Virus genome (UHGV): UHGV-0087644
Strand: one strand, 5' to 3'
Length of the DNA stretch: 13,730 nucleotides
Source: a virus
The notes beneath the pieces were generated by a model. It saw nothing but the letters and a program-made list of their open reading frames with translations. It did not search any database and was not told the origin of the DNA. This document shows, piece after piece, positions 13,300 through 13,730 of the stretch. The position numbers were made by a program, and so were the translations under genes. How positions within the stretch are numbered: position 1 is the first letter of the stretch; each line of letters opens with the position of its first letter.

Positions 13300-13730
13300 G
13301 TTAATAAATGGCAATGCCATCAAAATGACAAGCATTGAAATCGCTGAGTTGGTGGGTAAGCGTCATGACAATGTGAAACGTACCATCGAAACGCTGGCTA
13401 AAAATGGTGTTATCCGGCTTCCTCAAATTGAGGTTTCCGAAAGAATCAATAACTTAGGGTTCAATGTTCAGTACGAGCATTACGTCTTCGAAGGCGAACA
13501 AGGTAAGCGAGATAGTATTGTTGTTGTTGCCCAGTTGTCGCCAGAGTTCACCGCTCGCCTTGTTGACCGCTGGCGAGAGCTTGAAGAAGCTGCGGTTAAT
13601 ATCCCCAAAACGCTACCGGAAGCGTTGCGCCTTGCTGCTGATCTTGCTGAGCAGAAAATGCAACTGGAAAACCAGCTCGCAATTGCCGCACCTAAAGTTG
13701 AGTTTGCCGATCGCGTTGGCGAGGCCAGCG
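13292..13730 (+). CDS. Rha-family regulatory / antirepressor-like protein, 3' end beyond the window
   Basis: ATG overlaps NinF stop; MNELINGNAIKMTSIEIAELVGKRHDNVKRTIETLAKNGV resembles a Rha N-terminal domain, followed by an AntA/KilA-type region; open to the window edge. Confidence 0.6.
   Translation, partial: MNELINGNAIKMTSIEIAELVGKRHDNVKRTIETLAKNGVIRLPQIEVSERINNLGFNVQYEHYVFEGEQGKRDSIVVVAQLSPEFTARLVDRWRELEEAAVNIPKTLPEALRLAADLAEQKMQLENQLAIAAPKVEFADRVGEAS

Noticed and set aside
1-13730. tRNA or rRNA genes, CRISPR arrays, integrase or att sites, IS elements
   Set aside because: No cloverleaf-like conserved tRNA features, no regularly spaced repeat-spacer array and no transposase or integrase-like ORF were seen; the only repeats are the ori iterons, operator palindromes and the 21-bp tandem duplication. 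Attachment sites would need comparison with an empty site.

Overview
This window reads as the early/immunity region of a mosaic lambdoid (lambda/phi21/P22-like) enterobacterial prophage; all calls are from reading the sequence and the ORF track by eye, with no searches run. Centre: S24-type CI repressor (7859-8509, -) divergent from a Cro-like gene (8590-8775, +) across an operator/promoter region carrying TTAAGA-N2-TCTTAA palindromes. Rightward operon (+): nutR, cII, a replication protein O homolog with internal iterons and an A/T-rich origin, a DnaB-family helicase, small membrane peptides, NinB/NinE/NinX-like/NinF and a truncated Rha/antirepressor-like gene. Leftward operon (-): pL/oL, nutL, a phi21-type N antiterminator, an accessory cluster of small unknown ORFs (zinc ribbon, single-TM peptide, Ral-like), a terminator-bounded 322-aa coiled-coil protein, then cIII, kil, an Arf-position ORF, erf, a mini SSB-like protein, an Abc2-like ORF, an HNH endonuclease, a small SAM-methyltransferase and further hypothetical genes. 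Most genes are chained by ATGA/GTGA/TAATG overlaps. No tRNA, rRNA, CRISPR array, integrase or att site was recognised. The best candidates for undescribed function are the accessory cluster and coiled-coil gene between N and cIII, and the coupled methyltransferase-HNH pair.
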